64,000 nucleotides of DNA, from NCBI RefSeq assembly GCF_006345805.1, contig NC_042999.1, forward strand, positions 158,658,001-158,722,000, given 5' to 3'. Made by a program: the position numbers and the translations under genes. This document shows, piece by piece, positions 48,794-62,315 of this stretch. Below the pieces are notes generated by a model, which saw only the letters and a program-made list of their open reading frames with translations, had not been told where the DNA came from and made no database searches. The stretch's first letter is position 1; every line of letters starts with the position of its first letter. The stretch is from Octopus sinensis. Lineage: Eukaryota.

Positions 48794-49649
48794 TGAATAT
48801 TGTTCTTAATATTATTCGTTTGATTCATATTTTCTTCGAAATTTCAGCACATTTTGAAATAATTAAACTTTTTTGTTCTTGTGTATCGAATTACGGTTCG
48901 ATTTCTTTTCTGCCTGATGCATCTAATAAAGCAGAAATAATGATAATGATCAATAGATGCTTTAGTTTTTCACCACAAACTGCCATACAAATGCAAAGTA
49001 TTGACAGAGAGACATTTGTAGAACACAAACAGTAATCTAATTTCTTTTTTTATTTTCTTTAGACATCGTTAAATCATCCGAGGAATTCTAGAATCAGGTT
49101 TTCTCTTCGTCATGAATATTAATATTGTTCATATTTTCTTTATTGTAAGAATCCATTTTCACTCAGTATCTTAGAAATAAAAAATGTTTGTAAAGCAGCG
49201 TAACATTCATTTAGTTTCTTTAAAAAATACCTGTTACATATATTCATCAAATGTATATTTTCCTAACGAACGCCGAAATGGTTTTTATTTTTACGTATTT
49301 AATCAGTTTTGTTTTCAATATAGTGTTTTTCCATGTTTATCTATGAAAAAAATTATTTATGTGAAGACTAAATTAAGAAATGATGTAATAACATTACTAC
49401 TGTTCATTTTTTTTATTTAATAACATAACTAATCAACCAATATATCTATAAGCAGAATTAGATAATGCGATAATTAGTGTCAGAGAAATATGTGTATATT
49501 TAGTATATTGGTAATGCGTAACTATTCCTTAACTATTCAAAGATAGATTCCAAGAACATACAACAAAAGAACACTGTACGAAAGACGGCTGGATAGTTCA
49601 TAGGTTGTCCAAGATACTCTCAAGGAATGCGACTAAGTCTTCCTTATGG

Positions 49650-50700
49650 TGCACATATTTATTTTATCGGTATTACAGTTCTTGGATTCCATTGGTGAAT
49701 AAACGTTCATCTTGTTGGTCAAAAAATTCATCAACAGCAGGTATGATGCCATTATTACTGTGATACAGGTGTCCAGTCAAGTATGCTTTCCTGGTGAACA
49801 GACGATGGCCAGATGGAGTTAAAACAGGAGAATAAGGAGACTGATCAAGAAGTTCAAAACAATAGTCACACTCAGGTGCGAAAGAAAACAAGGACATATG
49901 TGAAACAAGACCCCTCTCGTCGGTTTTGACTTGATAGGCATTTATAACTGTCCCAGCAATTTGGTATAGTACTTTCTGTTGAGGGTGTGGCCCTTCTGGA
50001 GATAATCAATAAACAATGCTTTTGCATCCCAGAAAACTGAGGCTATCAGCTTCCCTGCAGATATAGTGACCTTGGCCTTCTTTGGAGAAAGTGAGAGGGC
50101 TGATTTTATGACATGGATTGTCTCTTTGTCTCTGGTTCATAGTGATGAACACGACTCTCATCCTGGATTAGAAAACATTCATAGAAACCAGTTCAATCTG
50201 GTTCAAATAATGTGAGATTTTCCCATGATGTCAGCCTGGTGTGCATTTGATCAGGTGTCGATGATGTGGCACCCACCAAGCAGAAAACTTCGTCATGCAA
50301 ACTTCACGTGATATAATAATAGCATTGGCTATTTAATTTATTGTCAATCGCTTCTCATCCATCAATTTGGAGTGATCATAATCAATGTTTTCGTCGATGG
50401 TGGCAGTATCAGGAAATTCAGACCTTAGGTCAACTTCACCTCCTAAATTCAGCTACGCACTTTTGTATTGTTAATAATCCTGGAGCATCATTCCCTAAAG
50501 TAGCAACCATGTCAGCATGAATGCCCTTGTGGGCTAAACCCTTTCTCTACAGGTACTCGATAATACCACGATGCAAAATTCTATCGATTTTTCAAGAGAA
50601 GTTGTCACTAGTTACGAAGAGTTGAAATTAATACTTGCAAGAATTCACAGCTATAATATCTTCCCTTTATAGTCAGCCTATGAACTTTTCAGCCGACGCT
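49650..50700 (-). mobile_element. Near full-length decayed mariner transposase
   Basis: Minus-strand segments: SAWWVPH, QDESRVHHYEPETKRQSM, SAGKLIASVFWDAK, LLDQSPYSPVLTPSGHRLF, FFDQQDERLFTNGIQEL. Confidence 0.85.
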
Positions 50701-50907
50701 CGTAGATATTTCTAAGTTTAGCATAATCTTTTTCTTGCTTTTTGCTACATCACTGTTATTGATAACGTTGACGTCAATCGACCGATTTTCAAAGTATGAT
50801 GGAATTTGTAAATTTTTATTGACTGCCACGACCATGTTTTTCCCTGTGGTTCCTATTGGGACACGTAACCTTATTCTCAGACAATTGATCACCATATTTA
50901 GAATGAG

Positions 50908-50942
<35 letters not shown>

Positions 50943-51186
50943 CATTATCATTATTAATAATAAATTTCAGGGTAGTAAAATATTATTTAGAAATTGTTTT
51001 ACAACCCTGTCCTAGCGTGTAGAAAAACTAGTCAATAGACTATATATTATTCATTATATATACAGTGTACATTTATACACATAAGGGATGACCATAATCG
51101 GACATCTAAACCGTATAGAATGAGTAGTTAAAATCCAAACCACAATAAGGGGTAATTTTGAAAGGAAATAAAAAAAAACATTTACC

Positions 51187-51350
51187 AGGCGCAGGAGTGG
51201 CTGTGTGGTAAGTAGCTTGTTTACCAACCACATGGTTCCGGGTTCAGTCCCACTGCGTGTCACCTTGGGCAAGTGTCTTCTACTATAGCCTCGGGCCGAC
51301 CAATGCCTTGTGAGTGGATTTGGTAGACGGAAACTGAAAGGCGCCTGTCG

Positions 51351-51418
<68 letters not shown>

Positions 51419-51789
51419 CAACAATTGAGGGTAAAATTAATTAATTATTAATCAATTTCACCAAGTATTCAGTATGTAAAGGGACCATTTAAGGCGAATT
51501 CAAAATATTACATTTTATAAAGGGCTTAGTAAAATAAATTACTTTGCCACATACTGAACTCATTACAAATAGCAGCCAAAGAAAATTTTTTAGCCATTTC
51601 TAATACTTAAAGAAGATTTCTCTCAGATAGTGTTTACTCAAAATAACCCACGAAGGTATGGGGGTAAAAACATTAAAAAATCACAAGTGCAAAGATTATT
51701 TGGCTAAAAAGATTTTCTTTGGCTGCTATTTCTAATGAGTACAGTATGTGGCAAAGTAATTTATTTTACTAAGCCCTTTATAAAATGTA

Positions 51790-51821
<32 letters not shown>

Positions 51822-52030
51822 ATATGTCTGTATTTGTCCCCCTAGCATTGCTTGACAACCGATGCAGGTGTATTTATGTCCCCGTCACTTAGCGGTTCGG
51901 CAAAAGTGACCGATTGAATAAGTACTGGGCTTACAAAGAATAAGTCCCGGGGTCGAGTTGCTCGATTAAAAGGCGGTGCTCCAGCATGGCCACAGTCAAA
52001 TGACTGAAACAAGTAAAAGAGTAAAAGAGA
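51187..52030 (+). mobile_element. SINE family 1 with an insertion in its internal (TA)n
   Basis: Head at 51187; the body resumes at ~51800 and runs to the (GAGTAAAA)n tail. Confidence 0.85.
51415..51790. mobile_element. PLE-like pLTR fragment with ~90-bp inverted repeat
   Basis: ~51507-51597 vs ~51700-51791 are inverted. Shares AAATAGCAGCCAAA and GGGT.AAATTAATTAATT with 812-1470 and 30717-31984. Confidence 0.6.
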
Positions 52031-53659
52031 GTATCTATTTCCTGGACCATGGTTAAGACACCCAGAAAGGTGTCTTCCAAACGCGCGATTACCGGATGAG
52101 TAGGGTGTGTTCTTGAAAGCTGCTTTCCGCATGGTTCTGCATGGACTTCGCGCTGGGTAGCGATGTTGACTTTCAGTCTCCAATATTCATACGAAGTCTG
52201 ACCGTTACCTTGCAGTGCTTAGCATACTTCACAGACACTAGTATGCTATCATAAATCATTACTCATCTTGTGAATCAGTTGTATACCGCTTCTCTTTGTT
52301 TTAATTGTCGTTATTTGAATGGAATTCTACTACCCGTTGGTCTCAGCTAGTCATCTTGTTGAAATGAGAATGAACTTTGATAAGGCTATATTTTCTTGAT
52401 TCTTCATTACGAGCAGCAAACATTGCTGCCATTTGAGAAGGCAACTTTGTTGTTCAAAGTGGCTGAAATCGGTGTGATATCATGCTTGCATGCGTGAAGA
52501 ACCAGAACTCCGGCTTCCGGTGTAAATTTCGATGTGCTGTTTCGCTTCTTTCCTCAGGCTGCGTAACTTGATGAATAGTAGTTGAGAAGGGTGATCTGAT
52601 GACAACCAGATCTATATGCAGTGGCCTGAAATCGTTGCGCAGGTGACCATACTTCTAAAGTAGTGCCAAAGTAGATAAAAAGAGGAATGAAAGATGGACC
52701 GCTTATCTTATTCCTGTGGCAGTTCAGATGTTCCGGCCCTCCAGCTAGGTGGATTATTTTGACAAGTAGATCTTTACATAGTTTTTTATTAATATTTCCA
52801 CGGAAATTTCCTATACCGTCTTGAATAGGAAAGGTGTCAAATACATGTTTTGTATCGTTTTCAACAAATAACATTTATTTGTTGTTGTTATAGTCGAGGA
52901 TGTTTGTATATTCATGTATGTGGTTAATTAACATTTTGTTGCTTGCATGATTGTATTGTTACTGATTTCTTTTTCTTTTGTTGGTGTTCGGGTTGTTTTT
53001 AGTCTGCTTGTATTATGTGAGTTAGGTTGCGTTTATGTTTGTAATGCTGGTGGTGAGTGAGATCGGGCGAAAAGTAGGTTAGAAAAAGTATAAACATAAA
53101 TGCAATAATTAAAAAGAGGTCTGCAAAGAAGAGTCAAGAATACCAGTTGGAAAGAAAATATGCCATCAGATACAGAGTTATTCTTAAATAATAAATAAGA
53201 AAGAAAAATTCAAGCAAAATCAGTGATACATCATAAAAGCAAGCGAAAAATAGATCAGAACTGGAATAGATTATTCAGAAACAATGAAAGGAAATTTTAC
53301 CAGCAGCTGATCGTGAAGGAACGAATGTCAAATACTGAATCAACAATGGACATTTTGTCAAGCAGTGAGGCAGATTCGTTATGCGCGTTTAAAACTGAAA
53401 TGAAAAATGAGTCAATGGAAGGAAATATATTATTTAAAAAGAGAAACTAAATAAATGATGCTTAAAATGCTATCACAGTTGAACGTTTCTTGCTTTGATG
53501 GTGTTTAACTTTCACAAACGTGCAGTGACATACAACCGTCTATGGTTGCTTTAACAGAAAATAGAACACTAATACGGATTATAAAAAGATATGCAGTCTT
53601 AATACGGAAGATGGAGAAAAGGAAAAAAAATGTAGTAATTGAAGGAAAAATTATTTCAG

Positions 53660-54208
53660 ATCTTGGTATAAGGCCAGCAACTTCAGGGGAGCGGATAAGT
53701 CGATTACGTCAACTCCAGTACTCAACTGGTACTTATTTTATCGATCCCGAAATGATGGAAGACAAAGGACTAAAGACGGACGAAATGCCGCTCAGCACGC
53801 TAACGATGCTGCCAGCACGCCGCTTTACAGTAATTTTAGTTATATTATTTAATTCTTTATTACCCACAAGGGGCTAAACATAGAGGGGACTAACAATGAC
53901 AGACAAAGGGACTAAGTCGATTACATCGACCCCAGTGCGTAACTGGTACTTATTTAATCGAGCCCAAAAGGATGAAAGGCAAAGTCGACCTCGGCGGAAT
54001 TTGAACTCAGAACGTAACGGCAGACGAATTACCTATTTCTTTACTGCCCACAAGGGGCTAAACGCAGAGAGGACAAACAAGGACAGACAAACGGATTAAG
54101 TCGATTATATCGACCCCAGTGCGTAACTGATACATATTTAATCGATCCCGAAAGGATGAAAGGCAAAGACGACCTCGGCGGAATTTGAACTCAGAACGTA
54201 ACCGCCTT
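53660..54208 (-). mobile_element. SINE family 3 cluster (old copy plus younger copy with duplicated internal unit)
   Basis: Repeated GTCGATTA.ATCGACCCCAGTGCGTAACTG units; TTTAGTTATATTA flanks the younger copy. Confidence 0.8.
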
Positions 54209-54394
54209 AACTTTAGTTATATTATATGCTTGCAATTATTTTGGTCGCATAGCCGGTAAATTGTACCAGAAAAACAGAGCATTTGCATGTTAGACAAGTA
54301 TGTGAATTCGACACGCCATTTCTGATTGGTTAAGCATCTACGTACTCGTTCACTCAAACGCGTAATTGTAGGCCATACGTTTTTTTATCGGGTA

Positions 54395-54907
54395 CTAGCA
54401 GTATCGCCCGGCGTTGCTCGGGTTTGTAAGGGAAATAACTATATAAGCATTTTTAGAGAGTTACTTCCCTTATAGATGCCAATTCGGGCTTTCTTAGCCA
54501 TTTCTGTTTTGGTGTCTTCAAGCCATGAAGTCGTTGTTCTAAAAGAACGCTGGTCTCCTTGACAACGCTTTACGACGTTGATTTCCTTACACTCCCATTC
54601 CCACAGCTTCACGAGGGAGGGAAGAAGGGGGAGAAGCAACACAGGTGCAGGGGTGACCGTGGACGCCAACTCCGCCGCCATCGACACACGAAAAAATATG
54701 CATTAAAATGGAATAAAAAATTATATTAAATTATTTTAAAAATCGTAGACTCATCGTAGACGCGCGCTAATAGCCAGACGGGCTCGATATGAATCACGAC
54801 TAAAAGATACCAGAATTTGGTTAAACTGCACCGCAAAATGTGGGAGTAGTTAGGAATCTAAATCGAAGGGACAGACACTCACACAACTACAGTTTTATAT
54901 ATATAGA
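54395..54907 (-). mobile_element. Non-autonomous Helitron with extra internal segment
   Basis: Same TC...hairpin-CTAG termini as 40282-40680, plus an additional GC-richer segment at ~54480-54690. Confidence 0.85.
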
Positions 54908-57459
54908 TTAGTTAGGAATGAAGTCAGCAGACATTTTTCTCCACCGCCAAATCTCTCATTATTGGCGTACATCTTATGAGATCTTTGTTTCAGCGGCTAT
55001 TTTAGGATTTGATTCTATGACGACTGAATGGAGTACAACAGATTATTTGGCTGGTACTTCTGAAAAACGTTTTAGATACGTGTGACATTTCTATTACAAG
55101 AAATTTAATCATGAAAAAAGAAAACATGAAAAAAGAAATCATGAAAAAAGAAAACATAGAATATTTAGCTGGCTATTTTTTTTATTCTGTTTATTTTCTT
55201 TTTAGTTGTTCTTTTTGTTGTTGTACTGGCAGTTTTGTGATGGAATCATGGTGAAACTTTCAAAGTATTTCTCTGGTATCTATTGTTTTAGTGTTAATGT
55301 TTCTACTCTATTTTTGTGATATTCCTATTTTCATTTCCCACGCCGTCTGTAACAATGTAACTTAAATGGAAAATACATTTTGTATTTATTCTAGTACTTT
55401 TTATATACCATCTTATTTTCTTTCCCTGTATAGCAATTTTTCTTATGATTTGGATGTCTCATACATTCTCTTTGCAAATTTTATGCCTATTTCTTCATAA
55501 CATTTTCCCCAGAAAGTTGTTCCGATGTTATCTATTGTTATAACACGTAATGCGAATCCAGTAGATAAATCCAATAACGTTAGCATGGATTGAAATAGAT
55601 TTCTAGAATTATATGATACATTATTCCATATTTTAAAATATATCTCTACTATATAAACATATATTACAAAATATAACAAAAGTAAACATAATAGTGCATG
55701 TAACGTGTTCCGAATGTTTTATTTTGAAAGCCTGACTTCAGATCCCATATATTGTCAAAGCGTAATTCTTTTGGCATCCGCCAATGGGAAGTAAATTTTG
55801 TTTTTGTAGTTATCAGAATTTCGGTTCGGAAATTCAAAATGCAGTTAGTCAACAACTAGAGAGTATTTTAGTAAAGTCATTTTAATATTATTGTGATTCA
55901 TCTGTCTCAGATCGGAAATAGGTCTCTTTCCCATGAACATTTGACTCTTGGTTTCTTAGTGAGAAGGCCACCCATCCTGTGGAAGGATTTATTTTTAATT
56001 CTGCTGAGTGTCCACACAATTATCTCAACCATTAGATAAGAAGGAGTGGAGATGACAACCACTTAATCTTGAGACACATTCTTCTGGATTACATAGAACT
56101 AGTGCCAACATACCATAATTTCTTACAGAAACCTGCAAAAAGTAGAAGATACCTTACCTGTGCTTTGGAAAGGTTAAAGGCTAACCTGTTCCTGTGTGAG
56201 TTTTACCTATAGCATACTAGTATGAGTTGGTGACAGACCTGGCAGTGATTTTAAGGTAAAGTAACTTTATTAGAATATGGTGGGTATACGACATTCAATG
56301 TATTATGTTTATAGGAGAACAGAGTGAAAGCGCAAACCCAAGTCGTGTGTGACATACTGGCACATAACTTGATTTCGCACGTGTTGTCCACCCTCAGGGA
56401 CATGTGAGACGATGTCGACTCCTGGATTGTAAGCCATGTTCATAACCTAATCCAAACATAATATCTAGCAGTATGTGGTCGAATGAGACCATCATAGGCA
56501 TACAAGTTCTCAGAACCACGCAATATCATAATGGAAAATCAAAACTGTACCCTATAAAGGTTGCTGAGAGGAGAAACTTAAAACTCAGCACTAAATTTAG
56601 GTGACCTACACACGTGTGTACAAAACCCATTGAAGGGATTTCTGTAAAACAAAAGTCTATGAGACCATCAGTATTGCAACGAAGAAAAAAATAATGGAAG
56701 TTATTAGTTCTAAGACGAGACTAATTACAACTTGTGAGTTGGCAAACTAAATGGCCTCTTCACCATAACCAGAAACTGACTATGGAAACCCAAACTTGAA
56801 TACAAGCAGAGCCACCACAACAACGCAAACAACTAGTGCTAAAGGACATGGAAGTATATGCCCATGACAGAACTACCTCATTCACGAATGAGGGTAGGAT
56901 GAGACCATATTTAGGCCGAAGACGATAAGTAAGTTCTATAAAATAGAACTTACCTATCGTCTGTTGATCCTTACCTGATCCCTAATATCATTCACTATTT
57001 GTAATGATAAGATATGCCAAAGTAAACTTGGAGATCACTGAATAAATTGGACTAACCTGTTCCTGTGTGAGTATAAACGACAGCTTTTTGCAAAACACCT
57101 TCTTCGCTGTCGTTCACGCGAAGGGTTACTAATTCACTGTCCGAATTCAAGAAAGGAGATAACCATATATGCAATGCATACTCTCTCAAATCAAATAAAC
57201 AAGCATCAAAATAAAACAAAAATGAGGAAGGCAAAAACATGTAAAACTGCAAATGGCGTTTATGATCGAACATTTTGCCATAAAAAACACCAAGCCACAG
57301 CTAAAATACACACTAGAAGGCAGTGAAATATAAAGAAAAACGAAAAGAAAATATATCAAGTTAAACTGGCAAGGAATGAAAAGGTATAAATCAGAGAACT
57401 GGAAATGAAGACTTTGGAAAATAATTTATCGAAATATATATTGATTAGCATAATAATAG

Positions 57460-57805
57460 TTTTGGCACAAGGCCAACAATGTAGTGAGAAGAGAAGGTCG
57501 ATTATATCGACCTCAGTACTTATTTTATCGACCCCGAAAGGAAAAATCGAGCTTGACGGAATTTGAACGTTACCTACTTCTTTACTACCCACAAGGGGCT
57601 AAACACAGACAGGACAAACAAGGACAGACAAACGGATTAAGTCGGTTATATCGACCCCAGTGCGTAACTGGTACTTATTTAATCGACCCCGAAAGGATGA
57701 AAGGCAAAGTCGACCTCGGCGGAATTTGAACTCAGAACGTAGCAGGAGACGAAATACCGCTAAGCATTTTTGCGATGTGCTAACGATTCTGCAACCTCAT
57801 CGCCC
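57460..57805 (-). mobile_element. SINE family 3
   Basis: Similarity to 42954-43186. Confidence 0.8.
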
Positions 57806-58059
57806 CATCATAATCTATATTGGAAAAGTTATTCAATATCTAAAAGGCAAGCTTTAGAAAATCTTTTCGGTTAAAGCAGGTAATATTGACGGACTTTGTA
57901 AACTGTTGCTAAAAAATTCTAAACAATATTACATAGATATTAATACAAAAAACAAACATAAATAAATACAGCAGAATGAATGATAAATATGACATTCGCT
58001 GACACATCAACATGAACGAAATTTCAAATATCATGAAGCGAAAATATTCAGTGCAAATA

Positions 58060-58900
58060 AAAAAAAATAATAGAAGTGAAAAGGGAGAGTAAACTATAAC
58101 AAACTTGGCCCATTATAGTTAACAAAGAAAGTTACAACACAATAAACGCTAGAGGTAACTGGAAATCTCTTGGAATTGAGGAAGTTCTCAATTTTTCGTT
58201 GCAACAGCTAATCAGTATTCATGAATCTGTAGCTATAGAATTCAAAGAATTAGTGAACAGACAAGAATTGACACCTGAATGGTTACAATAATGACATTCT
58301 AAATAATACACCCCAGAGATCTCCCATACTACACGGCTGTAACTTTTTTGTCAACAGCAGAGACGTACGAGATATCGAATTGTGCAGAAGGCGAAAGCGA
58401 AGATGAAAAAAGTCCTTAAATTTATACTCTATAACAGGCTAAATGATTACCCAGAAAGAACTAGTATCCCAAATGAGATAGAAGGATTCTAGAAATGGAT
58501 ATGTGTCTATTGGTAAATCAGGTATTTATCGAAAACAAAAACGAAAGAAACAAAAGAGCAAAAAAAAATTACGTGACATACAATAACTGAAGAAAAGCTA
58601 TTGAAATCGCGTATACGACATCCAAGAAGTCAGCTCCAAATCTAATATGGTACACCAAGCCAATATGAAAAAGAGTTGTGTGAAAGAAGAAAAAAATATA
58701 TAATTCTCTATATATATATATATTAGGGATGCAATGTTTTCCAAGTACTGGCAGTAAAAAGGAAAACAGAAAAAATTCAATGAAACCACGAACTGTTAGT
58801 AATGCAACAGATAAATTATAAACGTGCTGCTCTTTGTGGAAAAAAAATTCAAACAATCCTACAGAAGATAAAGCTGCTCATAAATCTGGAACAGGCATGT
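58060..58900 (+). pseudogene. Possible highly decayed R4/Dong-like non-LTR RT fragments
   Basis: PYYTAVTFLST (YRPITCL-like) and WYTKP segments; a similar QNWNRLFRNNERKFYQQL segment at 53250-53310. Weak. Confidence 0.3.
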
Positions 58901-58959
58901 ACACTGGATTGAATGATTGTACAGAGGCACAAAAAACTATTGATAATATTAGTTGGTTT

Positions 58960-59425
58960 CTAAGGTGGCTAGCTGGTAGACGCATTAGGAAACCAGGTAA
59001 AATGTGTTGGTGGTATTTTGTTCGTCTTTGCGTTCTGAATTCAAATTCCGCTGAAGTCTACTTTGCCTTTCCTCCTTTCGGAGTCGATAAAATATATACC
59101 ATTTAGATGTAAGGCGGCGAGCTGGCAGACACGTTAGCGCGCCGGGCGGAATGCTTAACGGTATTTCGTCTGTCGTTACATTCTGAGTTCAAATTCCGCC
59201 GAGTTCGACTTTGCCTTTCATCCTTTCGGGGTCGATAAATAAAAGTACCAGTTTCGCACTGGGGTCGATGTAATCGACTTAATCCCTTTGTCTGTCCTTG
59301 TTTGTCCTCTCTATATTTAGCCCCTTGTGGGCAATAAAGAAATATATATACCATTTAGATGCTGGGGTCGATGTAATTGACTTATCCCCTTATCCGAAAC
59401 TACTGGCGTTGTGCCAAAATTTGAA
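58960..59425 (+). mobile_element. SINE family 3 nested in an older family 3 copy
   Basis: Young copy 59110-59343 is flanked by ATATATACCATTTAGATG duplicates; the older copy continues on both sides. Confidence 0.8.
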
Positions 59426-59429
59426 ACCT

Positions 59430-61310
59430 ATATTAGTAGGTTTTTAACATACACAAATTCTGCAAAGCATTCTGTCTGGCGCTCAAATATGTAGTCAGGA
59501 GGAGTGACCGATTCTAGGCAGGGTTGTCTCCAGGTACTATTGAGAAGTCTGAAGACGAATGAAGGTCTCACCAGAAGGAAGGGAATGACGGAAGCCCAAA
59601 GACTAGTCTGGTGTCTTTTAAGGCCACTCTGTGCAGAAGTAAGCATGGCAATGCAACAGCTGATATTCATCACTTACGAGACGAGTGAACAACATAAAGA
59701 CATATCACAAGCTCGGCAAACATGGGACAATAGTGACTGTAGCAAATTGCTGTCCTTCATTAACTGGAAATCTGCATTCGAAGCAGACTCATCCCTCCGC
59801 AACATAGTCAGCTGAATATCGGCTGGTTCTGAGGTTAATGTGGATGATGCAAAAAGGATCAGATATGACACTCTTAATGAAATGGTTGGACACATGCATA
59901 AGTGCAGATTCAAAAGGAAAGCCCAAACTGTGATTTTGACTCTAAATCGGCAGTCAGGATAGGTGATGAGGATGTACTGATTGATCGTCTTCTATTTCAA
60001 CGACTCATCACTGCAAATGATCTTCTGAATACCTTTACCTATGAACTCTGCAACTACCCACCTGTATTGTTAGGAGGGAAGGAGAAGCACCTGAAAGTCT
60101 TAAAGCCACAAGTAGCTGACGCCATCTGGTCCGAGGTACCACACAACTCAGAGCTATATACAAATATCACATACGTCCTTGATGGTGCTCTTCTCCATCG
60201 CATTCCATGCCAACTTAGTGAAACATACGACAAGATATTGCAGGACTATACCAGATATGTTAGAAAATACTATGATCAAGAAGTGGTTATGTTCGATGTT
60301 TATGAGGTGGGACCTTCAACAAAAGACAGCACACATCAGCGCCGAGTGGAGTGTGAGGGTAGGAAGGTGACATTCCATTTGTCTACGAAGCTGCAGTTAA
60401 AAAAGGAATTGCTCTCAAAGCAAGAGAAGAGACAACGCTTTCTTGAACTTTCTGGAGATGCCCTAGTCAAAGAAGGCTGTGAAGTTATCCATGCCAGAGG
60501 GAATGCAGAGGGAATGCAGTCTTATTGTCTAAACTGCAGTAAGAATCTCTGGGGACAGAGAAGCTGTGTTGGTCGGAGATGACACAGACCTAATTGTTCT
60601 CCTCATCAATCATGCAGAAGACAAACATGACACCCACTTCCGACCTGAACCAAAGAAAAGAGCAGACGTCAAGTGCGTGGGTGATAATTCGATCAATCAT
60701 AAGCTTGGGGGTCCAGGTTTGCAGGCATATTCTCTTTGTGCACGCTTTCTTGGAGTGTGATACCACATCCAGTGTCAGTGTTTTTGATATCGGGATGGCG
60801 GCAGGTTTCAAACTTATTCAAGATATGCGGAGGTATTCAGGAGTAAAATGGTAACAAAGGTCGACATCATCACGGCTGGTGAGAAAGCTATGGGCATTGC
60901 CTATAAGTGGAACCCCAGCGGCTCCCTCGATGATGTTAGCTGTCGCTGAGATTCCGAGCTCTTATCACCAAGAGAAATTTGGCAGTTCTTCCTAATATGC
61001 TGCGACCCACAGCATGAAGTACCACAGCCTGCATGCCTACCATCAAGTCCAAGAGTGGCAGGGGGACACGCTGGATGCTGAAGACTGGGGATGGAAGCTC
61101 TCAGATGAAACGTCTAAACCAGTCATCTCTGACCTTGCCCCTGCACCACAGTCGTAGTTGACTGTAGTTCAGTGTGCCTGCAAGTCAGGTTGTGGGACGC
61201 TGCGCTGTAGCTGCTGGAGGCATGGGTTTCTATGCTCACCTGCTTGTTCTGGGTGCAGAGGTGTTTGTCAGAACAACGACTATGGATAATTTTGAGGATG
61301 GAGATAACAG
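59430..61310 (+). mobile_element. AcademX-like DNA transposon protein remnant (XPG-like nuclease plus Cys-rich C-terminus)
   Basis: LRSLKT.EGLTR.KGMTE, YELCNYPP, YVLDG.LLH, FD.Y..GPSTKD..H.RR, VGDDTDLIVLL, HAFLECDTTS (H3TH-like), DWGWK and CACKSGCGTLRCSC..HG..CSPACSGCRG..QN, with multiple frameshifts. Confidence 0.7.
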
Positions 61311-62094
61311 CTAAATCTTACAAAAAATTGTAAGTTGTCTGACGGACATTGTAGACTGTAAGCTTTTACTGCAGAGCATATACTTGTGTCTATGTATTTC
61401 ATTTTATTTATTTCTTATCCCCTTATGATCAGTTTAAACGAAATCACTTGGGATTAAGAGTTGCATTTTATCTTGCGGTAAACAATTTTATTGTGGACAT
61501 ATATGTGTGTGTGCTGAAGCAGGGTAGAGGTAAGTCATTTTTAACTCTATGGTGGGGAAACTCATTTTTAACACTTTTAGTTGAAAGATTAACCATGAAA
61601 ACATGGGTAAAGGTATTCTTTGTTTTGGGTTATGTTGATTGGTTAAGTAATAGCCATTTAAAGATTTGCGTCAATTTTTAAAATGGCAAAATACTGATGC
61701 ATTTTCATTCTGTTATTCCACCATGTTCCACTCCAACGATTCTTTGGGACTTTTAGTAGGTTATAATAAATTTGTATCCAAGACAAATGACACTGGTTTC
61801 GTTTCTGTTGCAATTAGCGGTGGGTGCTGGACTATGACGTTTGTACAAATCGACAAAACTTGATTATTTCTAATATATGCACAATTGAGAAGAGAGCAGT
61901 AGATTAAAACGACCCAAGCATTTTATTAGCCTCGGAACAATGAAAGAGAATTTTGACCTCGACAGGTTTTGAACTACGACCGCAGAAATCCGGAGCAAAT
62001 ATGGGAAGTAATTTTGCCAGGTTCTCAAACAATGTTGCTAATCCATCGATATAACGACGACAACAACAGTTCTAATGATAATAATTATTACTAA

Positions 62095-62315
62095 TTTTGA
62101 CACAAGCTCAGCGATTTTGAAGGGATTTGAACGTCGATTATATAGACCTCATTTCTCAACTGGTACTTACTTTATTGACCGCAAAAGAATGAAAGACAAA
62201 GTCGACCTTGGCGATATTTGAACTCAAGACATAAAGAACAGGAATCAATGCCACTAAGTATTTTGTTCAACGCACTTATGAGTTAACTTTGGTGGCATTT
62301 GAACTCAGAACGTAA
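62095..62315 (-). mobile_element. SINE family 3, old copy
   Basis: Degenerate GTCGATTATAT...CTGGTACT...GAATGAAAG.CAAAGTCGACC. Confidence 0.6.

Noticed and set aside
52030-52920. Possible minus-strand retroelement N-terminal coding remnant
   Set aside because: Composition is coding-like but no diagnostic motif could be identified.
55900-57080. Possible DIRS/LTR-like element (TAACCTGTTCCTGTGTGAGT repeated at ~56182 and ~57052)
   Set aside because: Only a 20-bp repeat and no recognisable protein motif.
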